Below are positions 56,201-64,000 of a stretch of 64,000 nt of DNA, in pieces. The position numbers and the translations under genes are program-made. The first letter of the stretch is position 1, and each line of letters opens with the position of its first letter. Source of the stretch: an uncultured Candidatus Binatia bacterium (GTDB taxonomy: Bacteria; Desulfobacterota; Binatia; UBA9968; JAJDTQ01); the NCBI GenBank assembly GCA_965215605.1, contig OZ244070.1, positions 3,264,001-3,328,000 on the forward strand. Direction: 5' to 3'. The notes below the pieces were generated by a model, which was not told the origin of the DNA, ran no database searches, and saw only the letters and a program-made list of their open reading frames with translations.

Positions 56201-59200
56201 CGAGCGGCGTTGCCTATGACCTGGCCGCCAGCCCGCCCACTGTCACCTTCAACGGCGGCGCCGGGGCGTCGAGCGCGGCCACCGTCTTGGTGTCGGCACT
56301 GGCAGACACGGACGAAACCGACGGCAGCGTGAACGTGCGGCTTGGCACCATCGCGCCCACGGGCCTCGACGGCGGTGCCGGCGGCACGGGCAGCGGCTCT
56401 ATCCAGCTCACTGATGCAGGCGCCCAACCGGCAGTGGACGTGGACATGGACAGCCTGTCGGTGAATGAGGGCGCCACCGTCAGCTACCGCGTGAAGCTGC
56501 ATACCAACCCGGGCGGCACGGTCACGGTGACGCCGCAGTCCGGCGATTCCACCCGCCTTACCGTACCGGGCGCGCTGAGTTTCAACAGCGGCAACTGGAG
56601 CAACTGGCGGACCGTGACCCTGACCAGTCTGGCCGACGCTGACCTCACCGACGACGACGTCACCGTCACCCACACCGTGAGCGGCTACGGTTCCGTCACC
56701 ACGGCGCCGAGTGTCACGGTGTCCATCATCGACGGCGGCGCCGGCGTGACCGTGAACCCGACCGCGCTCAGCGTCAACGAAGGCGCCAACGGCAGCTACA
56801 GCGTCCGGCTGAACAGCCGCCCCTCGGCATCGGTCACCATCACGCCAACCTCGGGCGATACGGTGACGGCCACGGTGGGCAACGCCGTGACCTTCGCCCC
56901 GGCCGAATGGAGCTCGGCCAAGAGCATTCAGGTCTCCGGCGTCAACGGCGGCCAGGCGCGCATCAGCCACAGCGTCTCCAGCACCGATACCGCCTACGCC
57001 GCCGTCACCCCTTCGCCAGTGGACGTGACCGTGACGGGCACCGCGCGGGTGCGGGTGTCGGCGCTGACGGTCATCGCCGTCGAGCATGGCGCGGCGGGCA
57101 CCTACGATGTGTGGTTGAACACCGACCCGGGCGCAGCGGTCACGGTCACCCCGCAAACGACGAGCAGCGCCATCGCGCTGTCCGCCGCGCTGAGTTTCAA
57201 CAGCAGCAATTTCCGCGTTCCCCAGCGCGTCACAGTCACCGCGAACACGGACACCAACACCAACTCCGAAAGCGCCACCATCACCCACGCGGTGAGTGGC
57301 TATTCCGGCGTCAATCAGGGCCCCGTGGTGGCCGTCACCGTCCAGGACGCCGGCAGCCGCATTCTGGTCTCGCCCACCAGCCTGACCGTCAAGGAAGGCA
57401 CCAGCACCAGCTACACACTCACCTCCACGACCGAACCCACCTCGAATGTGACCGTCACGCCGACGGGCCTCGGCGGTCGCGTAACCGTGAGCCCCAGCCC
57501 CGTGACCTTCGGGCCCGGGCGCGGCCTCACGCAACAGGTGACCGTGCAGGGCGTGGCGGCCGGCAGCGTGACGCTGAACCACCGGATCGCCGCATCGAAT
57601 CCGAACTCGAGCTTCTGGCGCGTGACCGTCCCGCCGGTGTCGGTGCGGGTGACCCCGGCCGATGCCGTCATCGTCTCGCCGATCAATCTTGCGGCGAGTG
57701 AAGGCGGCACGGCCACCTATTACGTGGAACTCGCCAGCGATCCGGGCGGCGCGGTCACGGTGACGCCGGCCTCGAGCGACACCGGCGCCGCGACGGTGTC
57801 CGGCGCGCTCAGCTTCAACTCCAGCAACTGGAGCGCACCGCAATCGGTGACGGTGAGCGCGGTGCAGGACGGCGACGGGGACCACGAAAACGTCACTATC
57901 TCCCACCAGGTCAGTGGCTACACCGGCGTCTCCAGCGCGCCCAGCGTCACCCTGTTCGTCGGCGATGACGAGTTTCGCCCAACGGCGAGCGTGCAGGCGG
58001 GCACCGGCGGGAACCGGACTGAAGGCCAGGCCGTGACCTTCGATTTCAGCGCGCCCGACATCACCTCCGACGTGACGCTCCACTACAGCCTCAGCGCCAC
58101 CGGCGGCTATGTGGCCAGCGGCGACCTCGGCGCGAAGACCCTGACCGTCCCCGCCGGCGGGGCCACGCCCGGCGCCGCAAGGATCAGCGTGGCCACCCTT
58201 GCGGACAGCATTGACGAGCCTGCCGGTACGGTCACCGTCACCCTGACCAACCATACCGACTACACGGTGAGCGCCACGGCGGGCAGCGCAACCCGCACCG
58301 TGGACGACAATGACCGCGGCAGCGCGACCCTCGCCGCCCCCGCCGGCAACATCGCCGAGGACGGCGGTAGCAAGACGCTCACCCTGACGCTGAACCGGGC
58401 GTTGGCGGCGGGGGAGAGCGTGGCGCTCAAGCTGGCCTTCAGCGGCAAGGCGAGCCTCGGCACCGACTTCACCTTGGCCGCGCCGAGCCCCTTGCCGTCC
58501 GGCGTGAGCTATGCGCTGGAAGGCGCCACCCCCACGGTGACCTTCACCGGCTCGAGCGCGGCGTCGGCCACCGTGATTCTCAATGCCGAGGACGACAGCC
58601 GGCACGAAGGTACCGGCGAATCGGTTTCCGTCTCTCTTTCCGAAATCCAGAGCGCGGACATCTCCGGGCTCGGCGGCGGCATGAGCGTCAGCGGTTCCCG
58701 GGCGTTCACCATTCTCGACGACGACAAGCTGGGTCTGCCCCAAGCCTCCATCACGCCGAGCTCGAACAATACCGTCGCCGAGGGCGGCTTCGCGGACTTC
58801 ACTATCACGTTGAACAGGGCGCCGGCAAAGAGAATCTTTGTGCAGGTGACCTTGAGCGACGCGCCGGACTCGGACTTCCTGTCTGCCACCCTCGAAGTCC
58901 CCTATGACCTCACGTTCCCCGCGGGCAGGACCACGGCAACGCTGCCTATTCTCACCAACGGCGACAGCGTCGATGAGCCGAGCGGGGCGATTCGGGCCCG
59001 GGTGACCGGCGGTGGCGAAAGCGCCGGCTACGACCCGGGTACGCCGAACGTCGCCGAAGTCACCATCATCGACAACGACCGCAGCTCGGTGACCCTCGAG
59101 ACCCCCGATGCAAGCGCCATGGAAGGCGACAGCAGCGACACCGCGAGCCTCTCCCTGACGCTCAATCGCGGACTGGCATCTGGCGAGATCCTCAAGGTTC

Positions 59201-62200
59201 CGCTGCGCTTCGCAGGCGGCGTCCCCGGCACCGACTTCACGCTGGCCTGCCCGAGCCCGTTGCCCACCGGCGTGGCCTGTGCCGATCTCGGCAACGCCAA
59301 CGCCGCGGTGACCTTCACCGGTCCCGCCGCCGGGGTGACCGCCACCAGCGTCACCCTGACCCTGACGGTGAGCGACGATCAGGACGCCAACCACGAACGG
59401 GTGACGGTGAGCATCCCTGCCTCCACCAACGGTAATCCGGGCCTGACCGCCACCGGCCTCGGCGGCGGCGTGCGCGGCGCCCGCACCGGCAACGGCCAGA
59501 TCGCGCTGATCGACGACGACACCCCGCCGCCGCCCAACGTGAGCCTGTCGGTGAACAACAGCGGCGCGGTGACCGAGGGCGGCACGCTGACGGTGACGGC
59601 GGAAGTCTCGGAAGCGCCGTCCGGCCAGTCGATCAGAATCCCCGTGCAGCGCCTCGCAGCCTCCTCCACCGCCGAAGCCGGCGACTACAGGCTGGCAGGC
59701 AACATCACCATCGCCAGCGGCGCCACCACCGGCAGCGCCACCCTGACGGCGCGCAACGACGGCGACGACGAACTCACCGAGACCTTGCGCATCGAACTCG
59801 GCTCGCCCCCCGAGGGCTATATCAACAGCGCCGACAGCGGCATCGACATCAGCATCACCGACGACACCGCCACCGATGTGGTGCTGACGACGCCGGACAC
59901 CAGCGCGGCGGAAGCCGACGCCAACGACACCGCCGAGATTCGCATCACGCTCGGGCGCGGGCTCGAAGGTAGCGAAAGCCTGATCGTGCCGCTGCAATTC
60001 TCGGGCGGCACATTAGCCACCGACTTCAACCTCGCCCTGTCGGGCACCCCCGCCGGCGTGACCTTCGACAGCGCCACCGGCGAACTGACCTTTGCCGGAC
60101 CGACCACGAGCGCCACCGTGGCCAGCGTGCTGCTGACCGCGGCGGTGGACGACAACGCCGGCGACGACATCGTCACGGTGTCCATCCCGACCAGTTCGTT
60201 CGCCGGGACGCCGCGCCTGACCGCCACCAACCTCGACGGCGGCGCCGCGGGCCGACGCACCGGCAACGGCCGCATCACGCTCAAGGACGCCGGCCTCAAC
60301 GTGCGCACCGTCGGCTGGGCGGCCACGACCCTGACCACCAACGAGACCGCCGCCGCCGGAACGGTGAACGTCGCGCTGTCTTCCGCGGATACCTCGGCCC
60401 TGACCTTCCGCGTCTGCCTCAGCGACGGCACGGCTACGCTCGGCAGCGATTACCAGGGCGTCATCACCGCCGCCGACCGCTGCACCGGCTCGGGCGGCAA
60501 CGCCGACTTCACCATTGCCGCCAGCGACACCACCGAGCCGGTGTCGTTCAAGTCCGTCGTCGATACCGTGGACGAGCCCGACGAGACCTACAGCGCCACC
60601 ATCACCCTGCCGACACCGGTGGCGGGGCTCGGCATCAGCCCGGCCACCATCGACGTCACCATCCGCGACGACGATCCCACGGTCGTCAGCCTCGCCCGCA
60701 CCGGCAGCGGCGCCATCAACGAAGGCGGCAAGGTCGAGTTCACCGTGAGCCTGGGCCGTGCGCTCGTGACCGGCGAAACCATCGACGTGCCCCTGCCCAT
60801 CGGCGGCACCGGCGTCAACACCGGCGACTGGAGCCTGGCGAAGAAGGCCGGCGCCAACACCGGCATCAGCCTGCTCGACACCAATACCGCCACCCCGACG
60901 GTGCGCTTTTCCGGCGCCGGCGCCCAAACCGCGACCCTGGAACTCGCCTCCATCTCCGACGGCACCGGCGAGGGCAGCGGCGAGACCTACGCCATCGCCC
61001 TCGGCAGCAACACGCAGTTCGACAACGACGCCGACACCAACGTCGGCGGCGGCGCCGACCCCCACGGCACGAACAACCGCTTCACGGTGCTGGTGAACGA
61101 CCCGCGCAGCATCGGCTGGTCCGCCACCGCGCTCAGCATCAACGAGACCGATGCCGGGCAGACCACCGGCAGCGTCAACGCCAGCCTCTCCACCGGCAAC
61201 GGCCCCGTCACCTTCCGCGTCTGCCTCGCCGACGGCAGCGCCAGCCGCGGCGCTTCCGCCGACTACCGCGGCTTCGGCACGAGCAGCAACGCCGCCTGTA
61301 CCGGCAGCGGCGGCTCGAACGCGGATCTCGAGATCGCGTCCGGTCAGTCGAGCAAGGCGGTGACCTTCACCGTCAACGGCGACACCACCGACGAGCCCGA
61401 TGAGACCTTCACCGCCACCCTGTCGCTGCCGAGCGCCGTCACCGGCCTCAGCCTCGATACCTCGAAGACCACGGTGACCGCCACCATCGTCGACAACGAC
61501 CCCACCGTGGTCAGCCTCGCCCGGGTCGGCAGCGGCGCCATCTACGAGGCGGGCAAGGCCGAATTCACCGTCACCCTTGGGCGGGCGCTGGTCGCCGGCG
61601 AAATCATCGACGTGCCGCTCAGCACCAGCGGCACCAACATCACCACCGGAGACTGGAGCCTCGCCAAGAAAGCCGGCGCGACCAACACCGGCGTGTCGCT
61701 CAGCAACGTGACGGGGCAAAATCCGAATGTGCGCTTCACGGACGCCGGCGCCCGGGTGGCGACCCTCGAACTCACCGCCACCGTGGACGGCACCACCGAG
61801 AGCGGCGGCGAGACCCTGACTCTCGCCCTCGGCCCCGACGGCAGCGGCGCCAATGGCTTCGACCGTTCGACCCTCGCCACCAACGTCGGCGGCGGCGCCG
61901 ACCCGCACGGCAGCAACAACAGCTTCAACCTCACCATCAACGATGGCCGCACCATCGGCTGGCAGACCACCGCCGTCACGGTGAACGAGAGTTCGAACGC
62001 CGTGAACCTGACCGCCGAGCTGTCCGAAGGCACCGGCCCGGTTAGCTTCCGCGTCTGCCTCGCGGGCGAGAGCGCCACCTTCGGCGACGATTTCACCGGC
62101 GTCGTCCGCAATACCGCCCGCTGCACCGGCAGCGGCAGCAACAACGCCGACCCGAGCATCGGCTCCGGCGCGTCGAGCAAGCAGCTGAGCCCCGGCATCG

Positions 62201-64000
62201 ACCAGAGCGTGCTCGACGAGCCCCGGGAAACCTTCACCGCTACGTTGTCGCTGCCGAGTGCGATCGCGGGCCTCAGCGTAGATTCGGCGAAGTCAACCGC
62301 CACCGTCACCATCGTCGACAAGGACCCGACCCTGGTGACGCTGTCGGCGCCGACGGGCAGCATCTCTGAAAACGGCGGCACCAAGACCGTCACCGTCGCA
62401 CTCGGCCGGGCCCTCGTCAGCCCCGAAGTGCTGACGGTGCCGCTCAACTTCGGCGGCGTCGCCAACCGCAACAGCGAATACACGGTCGCCTGCGCCAGCG
62501 CCCAGGGCGTGCAGTGCAACAACCTCAACAGCGGCAATGCGAGCGTCACCTTCACCGGCGGCGCCAACGCCTCGGCCACCGCGACCCTGACCATCACCGG
62601 CATCGAAGACAACGTCGAGGAAGGCAGCGAATCGGTGACCGTGAGCCTCGGTACCCTCGACGCCAATTCCGGCACCAATCTCGACGGCGGCGCCTCCGGC
62701 AGCGGGTTGAGCAGCGGCTCGGTGGACTTCAACCTGAGCGAAATACCCACGATCGCCTTCGAGCGGGACAACTACGAAGTGACCGAGGGCAGCACCTTGG
62801 ATGTCGTGCTTGTGCTCTCCCAGGAGCTCGAAGGCTGGGTCATTGGCGTCTTCGATTACGAATACGAGTCCGCCGGCAGAAGGGACACCCAGTTTGACAG
62901 TGAGATATTCAGTTGGTTCGAACCCGGCGAAACGCGGCTGTCGGTATCGGTTCCCACCTCGCAGGACGACCACTACGAACGGGACGAGACCTTCCGTCTG
63001 GAGGTTCGGTACGCCCGGGAATACACGACGCGGGGAGGAAGCAACGTTCGAACCAATATCCACGGGACGAAACTCCACGGTCCTCCGCCGGCCACGACCA
63101 CGATCACCATTCGTGACGACGAGGAAGCGCAGGCCGGCGTCACCGTCCGCCCCGTCAGCCTGCCCGTCACCGAAGGCGGCCAGCCCCAGGACTATCGCCT
63201 GGTGCTCAACCGTGCGCCGGCGGCGAACGTGACGGTGATCGCGACCACCCGGGACGAGCGTGAGGCCCAGGTACACAGCGGCCAGGATGCCCCGGCGCGC
63301 CAGACCACGCTCACCTTTACGCCCGGGAACTGGAACGAGCCACAGCCCGTCACCGTGACCGCGGTGCAGGATTCCGACACCCGCGACGATGTCGTGCGCA
63401 TCGACCACGAGGTGCGGGGAACAGGCGAGTATGCGAACGTGACAGCGGAACCGATGGTGGTCGTGATCACCGACGACGACACCGAGGTGCAGCCGCTGAT
63501 TTCGATCTACCCCGACTCCGGAAGGGCGATCACCGAAGGCAGCACGGCCCGCTTCCGGGTGATCGCCACCCCGGCGCCGAGCGGCAGCATCGACGTAAAC
63601 GTGACCGTCGCCGAAAGCGGCGACTTCGCCGACAGCGGGCAGACCGGCGCCAGAACGGTCACCATTGGCAACGGCGGCAGGACCAGCTTCCTCCACGTCA
63701 CCACCGACAACGACAGCGACGACGAGGCCAACGGCGCCATCACGGCCACCGTCGACCCCGGCAACGGCTACGACCCCGACGCGGTGTTCGACTCCGCCTC
63801 GATTACGGTATTGGACAACGATGACGCGACGCGGCCGGAGGCGAGCTTCGCCGCATCGTCATCGAGCGCCGGCGAAGGCGCGGGCACACGCAACATCCAA
63901 GTCGATTTCGACCCGGTGCTGACGACCGGCATCACGCTGCGCTACGACGTCAGCGGCAACGCCACGGGCGGCGGCAACGACTACAGCATTTCCGGCGCCG
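47275..64000 (+). CDS. Giant repetitive surface protein/adhesin with Calx-beta and Ig-like repeats; over 5,500 aa, runs off the window; start uncertain
   Basis: Frame 1 appears open from 47176 to 64000 (no frame-1 ORF is closed in the track). Signal-peptide-like VVFLFALWLPAVLPSAATA|Q; dozens of EG..DDxxDE..VTxTDDD and LTFxxxNWxxxQTVTV repeats. Confidence 0.9.
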   Translation, partial: MGPLVARWLGGAAAKLGEGPLFIGNLTSAATSAVVFLFALWLPAVLPSAATAQNPTPAYSLNINVTSISADGGGITLQPQYSAFIGSERSTLVGADSIYRGYFGQGGLPTQKFFDAIVLVGAPAGMRVTAATIDNPFQNVHGVGPGNGHRTVHITVSGADAPLTGNVAAALTVKRELLTYLDPDDGQMYSEHLSSVQSEWIDISAPLTITPGNVTHPLDFDGIPVRLSEDGAAGVYRTALNNDPGNGNTVTVSVTSSDPGAATVSPATLTFTGGNMGSWQTPRRVTVTPVADADGSDESLFVYHAISGLGSTTQGGAVGVTVTDDDGAGVVVSQQYHTFYRNQSRNTRSEYTLRLGTPPSAPVTVALSSSNSSRVSIATGSSVTINPNDWNQPQTVSLALGSTFGFANNPVTITHAVTSADSDYNGVDVPSVLVQYRNVGANADPIEFSNPRFSIAESGSGQYTLKLRRDPGSGRTVTVNTSVATAGNFAQEVPGAMVSPQSFTFTGGSSGTWSTAQTVTVTPIPDGNSDNETVTVSHSITGWPGNTRGGDVTVIVTDNLAGGGLVFDPPLVKVERGVPARYGVRLKTKPVARRWVVDPLGSYYEERYTEVDVRISSQNLNVVRPHPVGQFPGLEFNTNNWNVPQWVSIEHGGTDDTTTLFHTTSVNYDEPINGEYVTLVDESYRNLSIGLTAQAQPTTTVSTQPRATLSVSPTTVAEGGSLRVRVSLEGGTAPTSAKIIPLIYTNGSAADADYTAVGTARILANQRSATVTVAVADDSLFEDDETFTIALGEMPFGIRPPGSAQTSSVDITISANDKPEIGIAADAAEINEGNTAGFTITATNPSQSDIDVGLTVSRTGTYVAVGDTGGKSITLPAGQTTLDYDITTDELASDDPGGSVRIALGASSNYSVDSAAASGQVAIRDTDATTVALASGAGNIAEATGETPITVTLGRGLVAGEALSLPLTVGGTAVRDTDYTIAEPATLPAGVTYDAGNATPTITFTGPNSGESASSATLTLTAVQDAFDEGAGETVSFTLPALDANSGTGLDGGVSGSGSATVTIDDDDAEPEVSIQGPSSALTEGDSATFTISVDGSAAQDLTIGVSVSQTGAFVNASAIGNKTLSVASGTSSATHTVATVADSNDEPSGSLTVTLTDGTGYQIASGAGSASVALTDDDATGVTLAGSGSAISEAGGSKTVSVGIDRGLVNGETLRLPLTLGGTATLGTDYSLSAPSPIPTGVTYANLGSTDPVNSPPTIVFTGPTSGATAASTTLILRATPDNRDEGTLESVTIALPNLNANSGTGLDAGASGSGSVSFNINDDDDQPIIRLARQSGSGAITEGEQVAFSITANRPSDSDLTIALNVTDSGDFLAAADEGSKELVLEAGETSLTYTLATATDVTDERSGSVGLALAAGTGYTRHGSQSAVTVTVNDDDATLVTLTVPAGNISETGGTKTLTLTLPRALEGNESLPVPLGFAGNAAFGTDYTLAEPNSRPAGVSYSNLASSNPASSPPTVTFSGQSGGGATSATVILRATSDALVETNESLSVGLGTLDASTGSNLHGGARGTGSGSFAITDGTGAPEIRVTAGAVAVEGMAAKFTVRSSATSTRSLRVNLSAAQSGNFVAGAELGAGKSVVIPAGETSAMYSVPTLSDGVDEANGAVTLTVASGTGYSVSSSAGSASVTVTDDDSTTVTLASSDTTATEGSTTETGAFTVTLGRALVSGESLQVPLTARGETEYTLALAEATGIALSNNRDLTFTGGAGAERTATVTYRADVDSDDRNEEVRFSIPGSTSGSPRMTATGLGGGVVGSGSALVVVTDTGESGRGRVNVQPASLTIAEGGSRTYRMVLTTDPGSGAEVVITPASNNTDVTFSPASLSFTGGAAGNWSTWQRVTVAAAEDADTAVDSVTLSHTISGYAGVTSVPNVSVSVTEAGAGFLVSPARVDVVAGQSVDYTIRLTSQPAGNVVLDLTSSDTTIATVPSSVSIPPASWQSGVAVTVTGVAAGAASISHAHATTTDSGYATATLPGDLAVNVFAAAPPVITVESNANANGVTEGADASFTINASPAPASDLVVSFTVEQNGDFATRELPTSVTISTTDTGSALVLIPTAQDTTDEPDGSFVLTLQPGADYSLGGASSVTVPVTDNDLTTVELSTGSTRIAETGGGQTFIVQLDRSLVAGESVSAPLSLGGTASLGTDYRLHPLAGSSGIRYEGLATASPTVVFTGGPNSSVLATVTVRAVSDLVDDDDETVIVTLGTPTSTGLGGGASSAGATPATFRIIDDDGDTQPTVSIAAGSGVTEGTPASFTVSVSPALAADASNLTVNLNVGQMGDYVASGDRGMKQVTINAGSGSATYRVPTDADSQDEAAGSVTVNVDPGSGYQVSGSSASASVAVADNDHTAVTLSATAGNISEASGAKEIKLTLGRVLVSGETLTQRLSFGGTATFGADYTLAAPSPLPSGVSFSNLGSSNLSASPPTVVFTGGTGASRVATLTLTATQDTTVEASGETITVGRGTAAQTGLGGVVGSGSVASFRIVDDDSAAAVPELSITAGDGVTEGASAAFTINSTQAAPSSGLRVTYTLSQQGEFVASTAVGSGKTVTIPAGQSSVIHRIATTADSIDEAKGSLTVSLASGTGYTVSASAGVASLEVEDNDPTGVTLSASSSAIPETGGVKRVTLTLDRALVSGEVLAVPINVSGGVAAGDYSLGQPASPPAGVTYALSGNAPRITFNGSNGAPRRATFTLSATSDLVDEGEAESVTLGLGSPTPSGTGLAGGASGSGSATFDITDDDGTPVIRIEGGNRVAEGSNAVFMLKASPAPQQALTINLNVADDSVADFVASGNQGSQPVQIPAHTTTKTYEVATVNDSNDEPRGEVTVTVANGTGYTPAQTAASDTVQVSDNDRTTVTLSLPDSTATESSASDTATVRLALPRALVSGESVSAALSFRGGRIGREFSLSPPSPLPSGVAYDLAASPPTVTFNGGAGASSAATVLVSALADTDETDGSVNVRLGTIAPTGLDGGAGGTGSGSIQLTDAGAQPAVDVDMDSLSVNEGATVSYRVKLHTNPGGTVTVTPQSGDSTRLTVPGALSFNSGNWSNWRTVTLTSLADADLTDDDVTVTHTVSGYGSVTTAPSVTVSIIDGGAGVTVNPTALSVNEGANGSYSVRLNSRPSASVTITPTSGDTVTATVGNAVTFAPAEWSSAKSIQVSGVNGGQARISHSVSSTDTAYAAVTPSPVDVTVTGTARVRVSALTVIAVEHGAAGTYDVWLNTDPGAAVTVTPQTTSSAIALSAALSFNSSNFRVPQRVTVTANTDTNTNSESATITHAVSGYSGVNQGPVVAVTVQDAGSRILVSPTSLTVKEGTSTSYTLTSTTEPTSNVTVTPTGLGGRVTVSPSPVTFGPGRGLTQQVTVQGVAAGSVTLNHRIAASNPNSSFWRVTVPPVSVRVTPADAVIVSPINLAASEGGTATYYVELASDPGGAVTVTPASSDTGAATVSGALSFNSSNWSAPQSVTVSAVQDGDGDHENVTISHQVSGYTGVSSAPSVTLFVGDDEFRPTASVQAGTGGNRTEGQAVTFDFSAPDITSDVTLHYSLSATGGYVASGDLGAKTLTVPAGGATPGAARISVATLADSIDEPAGTVTVTLTNHTDYTVSATAGSATRTVDDNDRGSATLAAPAGNIAEDGGSKTLTLTLNRALAAGESVALKLAFSGKASLGTDFTLAAPSPLPSGVSYALEGATPTVTFTGSSAASATVILNAEDDSRHEGTGESVSVSLSEIQSADISGLGGGMSVSGSRAFTILDDDKLGLPQASITPSSNNTVAEGGFADFTITLNRAPAKRIFVQVTLSDAPDSDFLSATLEVPYDLTFPAGRTTATLPILTNGDSVDEPSGAIRARVTGGGESAGYDPGTPNVAEVTIIDNDRSSVTLETPDASAMEGDSSDTASLSLTLNRGLASGEILKVPLRFAGGVPGTDFTLACPSPLPTGVACADLGNANAAVTFTGPAAGVTATSVTLTLTVSDDQDANHERVTVSIPASTNGNPGLTATGLGGGVRGARTGNGQIALIDDDTPPPPNVSLSVNNSGAVTEGGTLTVTAEVSEAPSGQSIRIPVQRLAASSTAEAGDYRLAGNITIASGATTGSATLTARNDGDDELTETLRIELGSPPEGYINSADSGIDISITDDTATDVVLTTPDTSAAEADANDTAEIRITLGRGLEGSESLIVPLQFSGGTLATDFNLALSGTPAGVTFDSATGELTFAGPTTSATVASVLLTAAVDDNAGDDIVTVSIPTSSFAGTPRLTATNLDGGAAGRRTGNGRITLKDAGLNVRTVGWAATTLTTNETAAAGTVNVALSSADTSALTFRVCLSDGTATLGSDYQGVITAADRCTGSGGNADFTIAASDTTEPVSFKSVVDTVDEPDETYSATITLPTPVAGLGISPATIDVTIRDDDPTVVSLARTGSGAINEGGKVEFTVSLGRALVTGETIDVPLPIGGTGVNTGDWSLAKKAGANTGISLLDTNTATPTVRFSGAGAQTATLELASISDGTGEGSGETYAIALGSNTQFDNDADTNVGGGADPHGTNNRFTVLVNDPRSIGWSATALSINETDAGQTTGSVNASLSTGNGPVTFRVCLADGSASRGASADYRGFGTSSNAACTGSGGSNADLEIASGQSSKAVTFTVNGDTTDEPDETFTATLSLPSAVTGLSLDTSKTTVTATIVDNDPTVVSLARVGSGAIYEAGKAEFTVTLGRALVAGEIIDVPLSTSGTNITTGDWSLAKKAGATNTGVSLSNVTGQNPNVRFTDAGARVATLELTATVDGTTESGGETLTLALGPDGSGANGFDRSTLATNVGGGADPHGSNNSFNLTINDGRTIGWQTTAVTVNESSNAVNLTAELSEGTGPVSFRVCLAGESATFGDDFTGVVRNTARCTGSGSNNADPSIGSGASSKQLSPGIDQSVLDEPRETFTATLSLPSAIAGLSVDSAKSTATVTIVDKDPTLVTLSAPTGSISENGGTKTVTVALGRALVSPEVLTVPLNFGGVANRNSEYTVACASAQGVQCNNLNSGNASVTFTGGANASATATLTITGIEDNVEEGSESVTVSLGTLDANSGTNLDGGASGSGLSSGSVDFNLSEIPTIAFERDNYEVTEGSTLDVVLVLSQELEGWVIGVFDYEYESAGRRDTQFDSEIFSWFEPGETRLSVSVPTSQDDHYERDETFRLEVRYAREYTTRGGSNVRTNIHGTKLHGPPPATTTITIRDDEEAQAGVTVRPVSLPVTEGGQPQDYRLVLNRAPAANVTVIATTRDEREAQVHSGQDAPARQTTLTFTPGNWNEPQPVTVTAVQDSDTRDDVVRIDHEVRGTGEYANVTAEPMVVVITDDDTEVQPLISIYPDSGRAITEGSTARFRVIATPAPSGSIDVNVTVAESGDFADSGQTGARTVTIGNGGRTSFLHVTTDNDSDDEANGAITATVDPGNGYDPDAVFDSASITVLDNDDATRPEASFAASSSSAGEGAGTRNIQVDFDPVLTTGITLRYDVSGNATGGGNDYSISGA

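Noticed and set aside
47356-63922. Many listed ORFs over the right end, including 55294..59997 (-) 1567 aa
   Set aside because: They are antisense or off-frame shadows of the giant frame +1 gene, expected with high-GC codon bias, and show no recognisable motifs.

Overview
High-GC bacterial chromosomal window. The gene content (amidohydrolase-2 paralogs, LLM, TAXI and NMT1-type binding proteins, molybdenum hydroxylases, giant Calx-beta surface protein) resembles uncultured 'Deltaproteobacteria'/Binatia-type, possibly host-associated, genomes; this is inference only. Left end: ICE/plasmid-type ParB truncated by an IS5, then an AT-rich scar abutting a sigma54-driven urtABCDE-ureD-ureA operon that lacks ureBC. 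Middle: catabolic and transport genes, a decayed DUF4160/DUF2442 pair, a CoxSML-like hydroxylase, a cold-shock-like RNA module and gltBD. Right 16.7 kb: one uninterrupted, uncalled ORF (>5,500 aa adhesin) preceded by a G13 tract that could phase-vary it. Main hidden signals: (1) two convergent genes about 2 kb apart carry an in-frame TGA at a conserved Cys position, each followed by a GGC-loop SECIS-like hairpin, giving a Sec rhodanese and a candidate Sec YccU-like CoA-binding protein; (2) a CTAG-targeting MITE family seen as a full copy, an orphan end and a collapsed footprint. No rRNA, tRNA or CRISPR array was seen.
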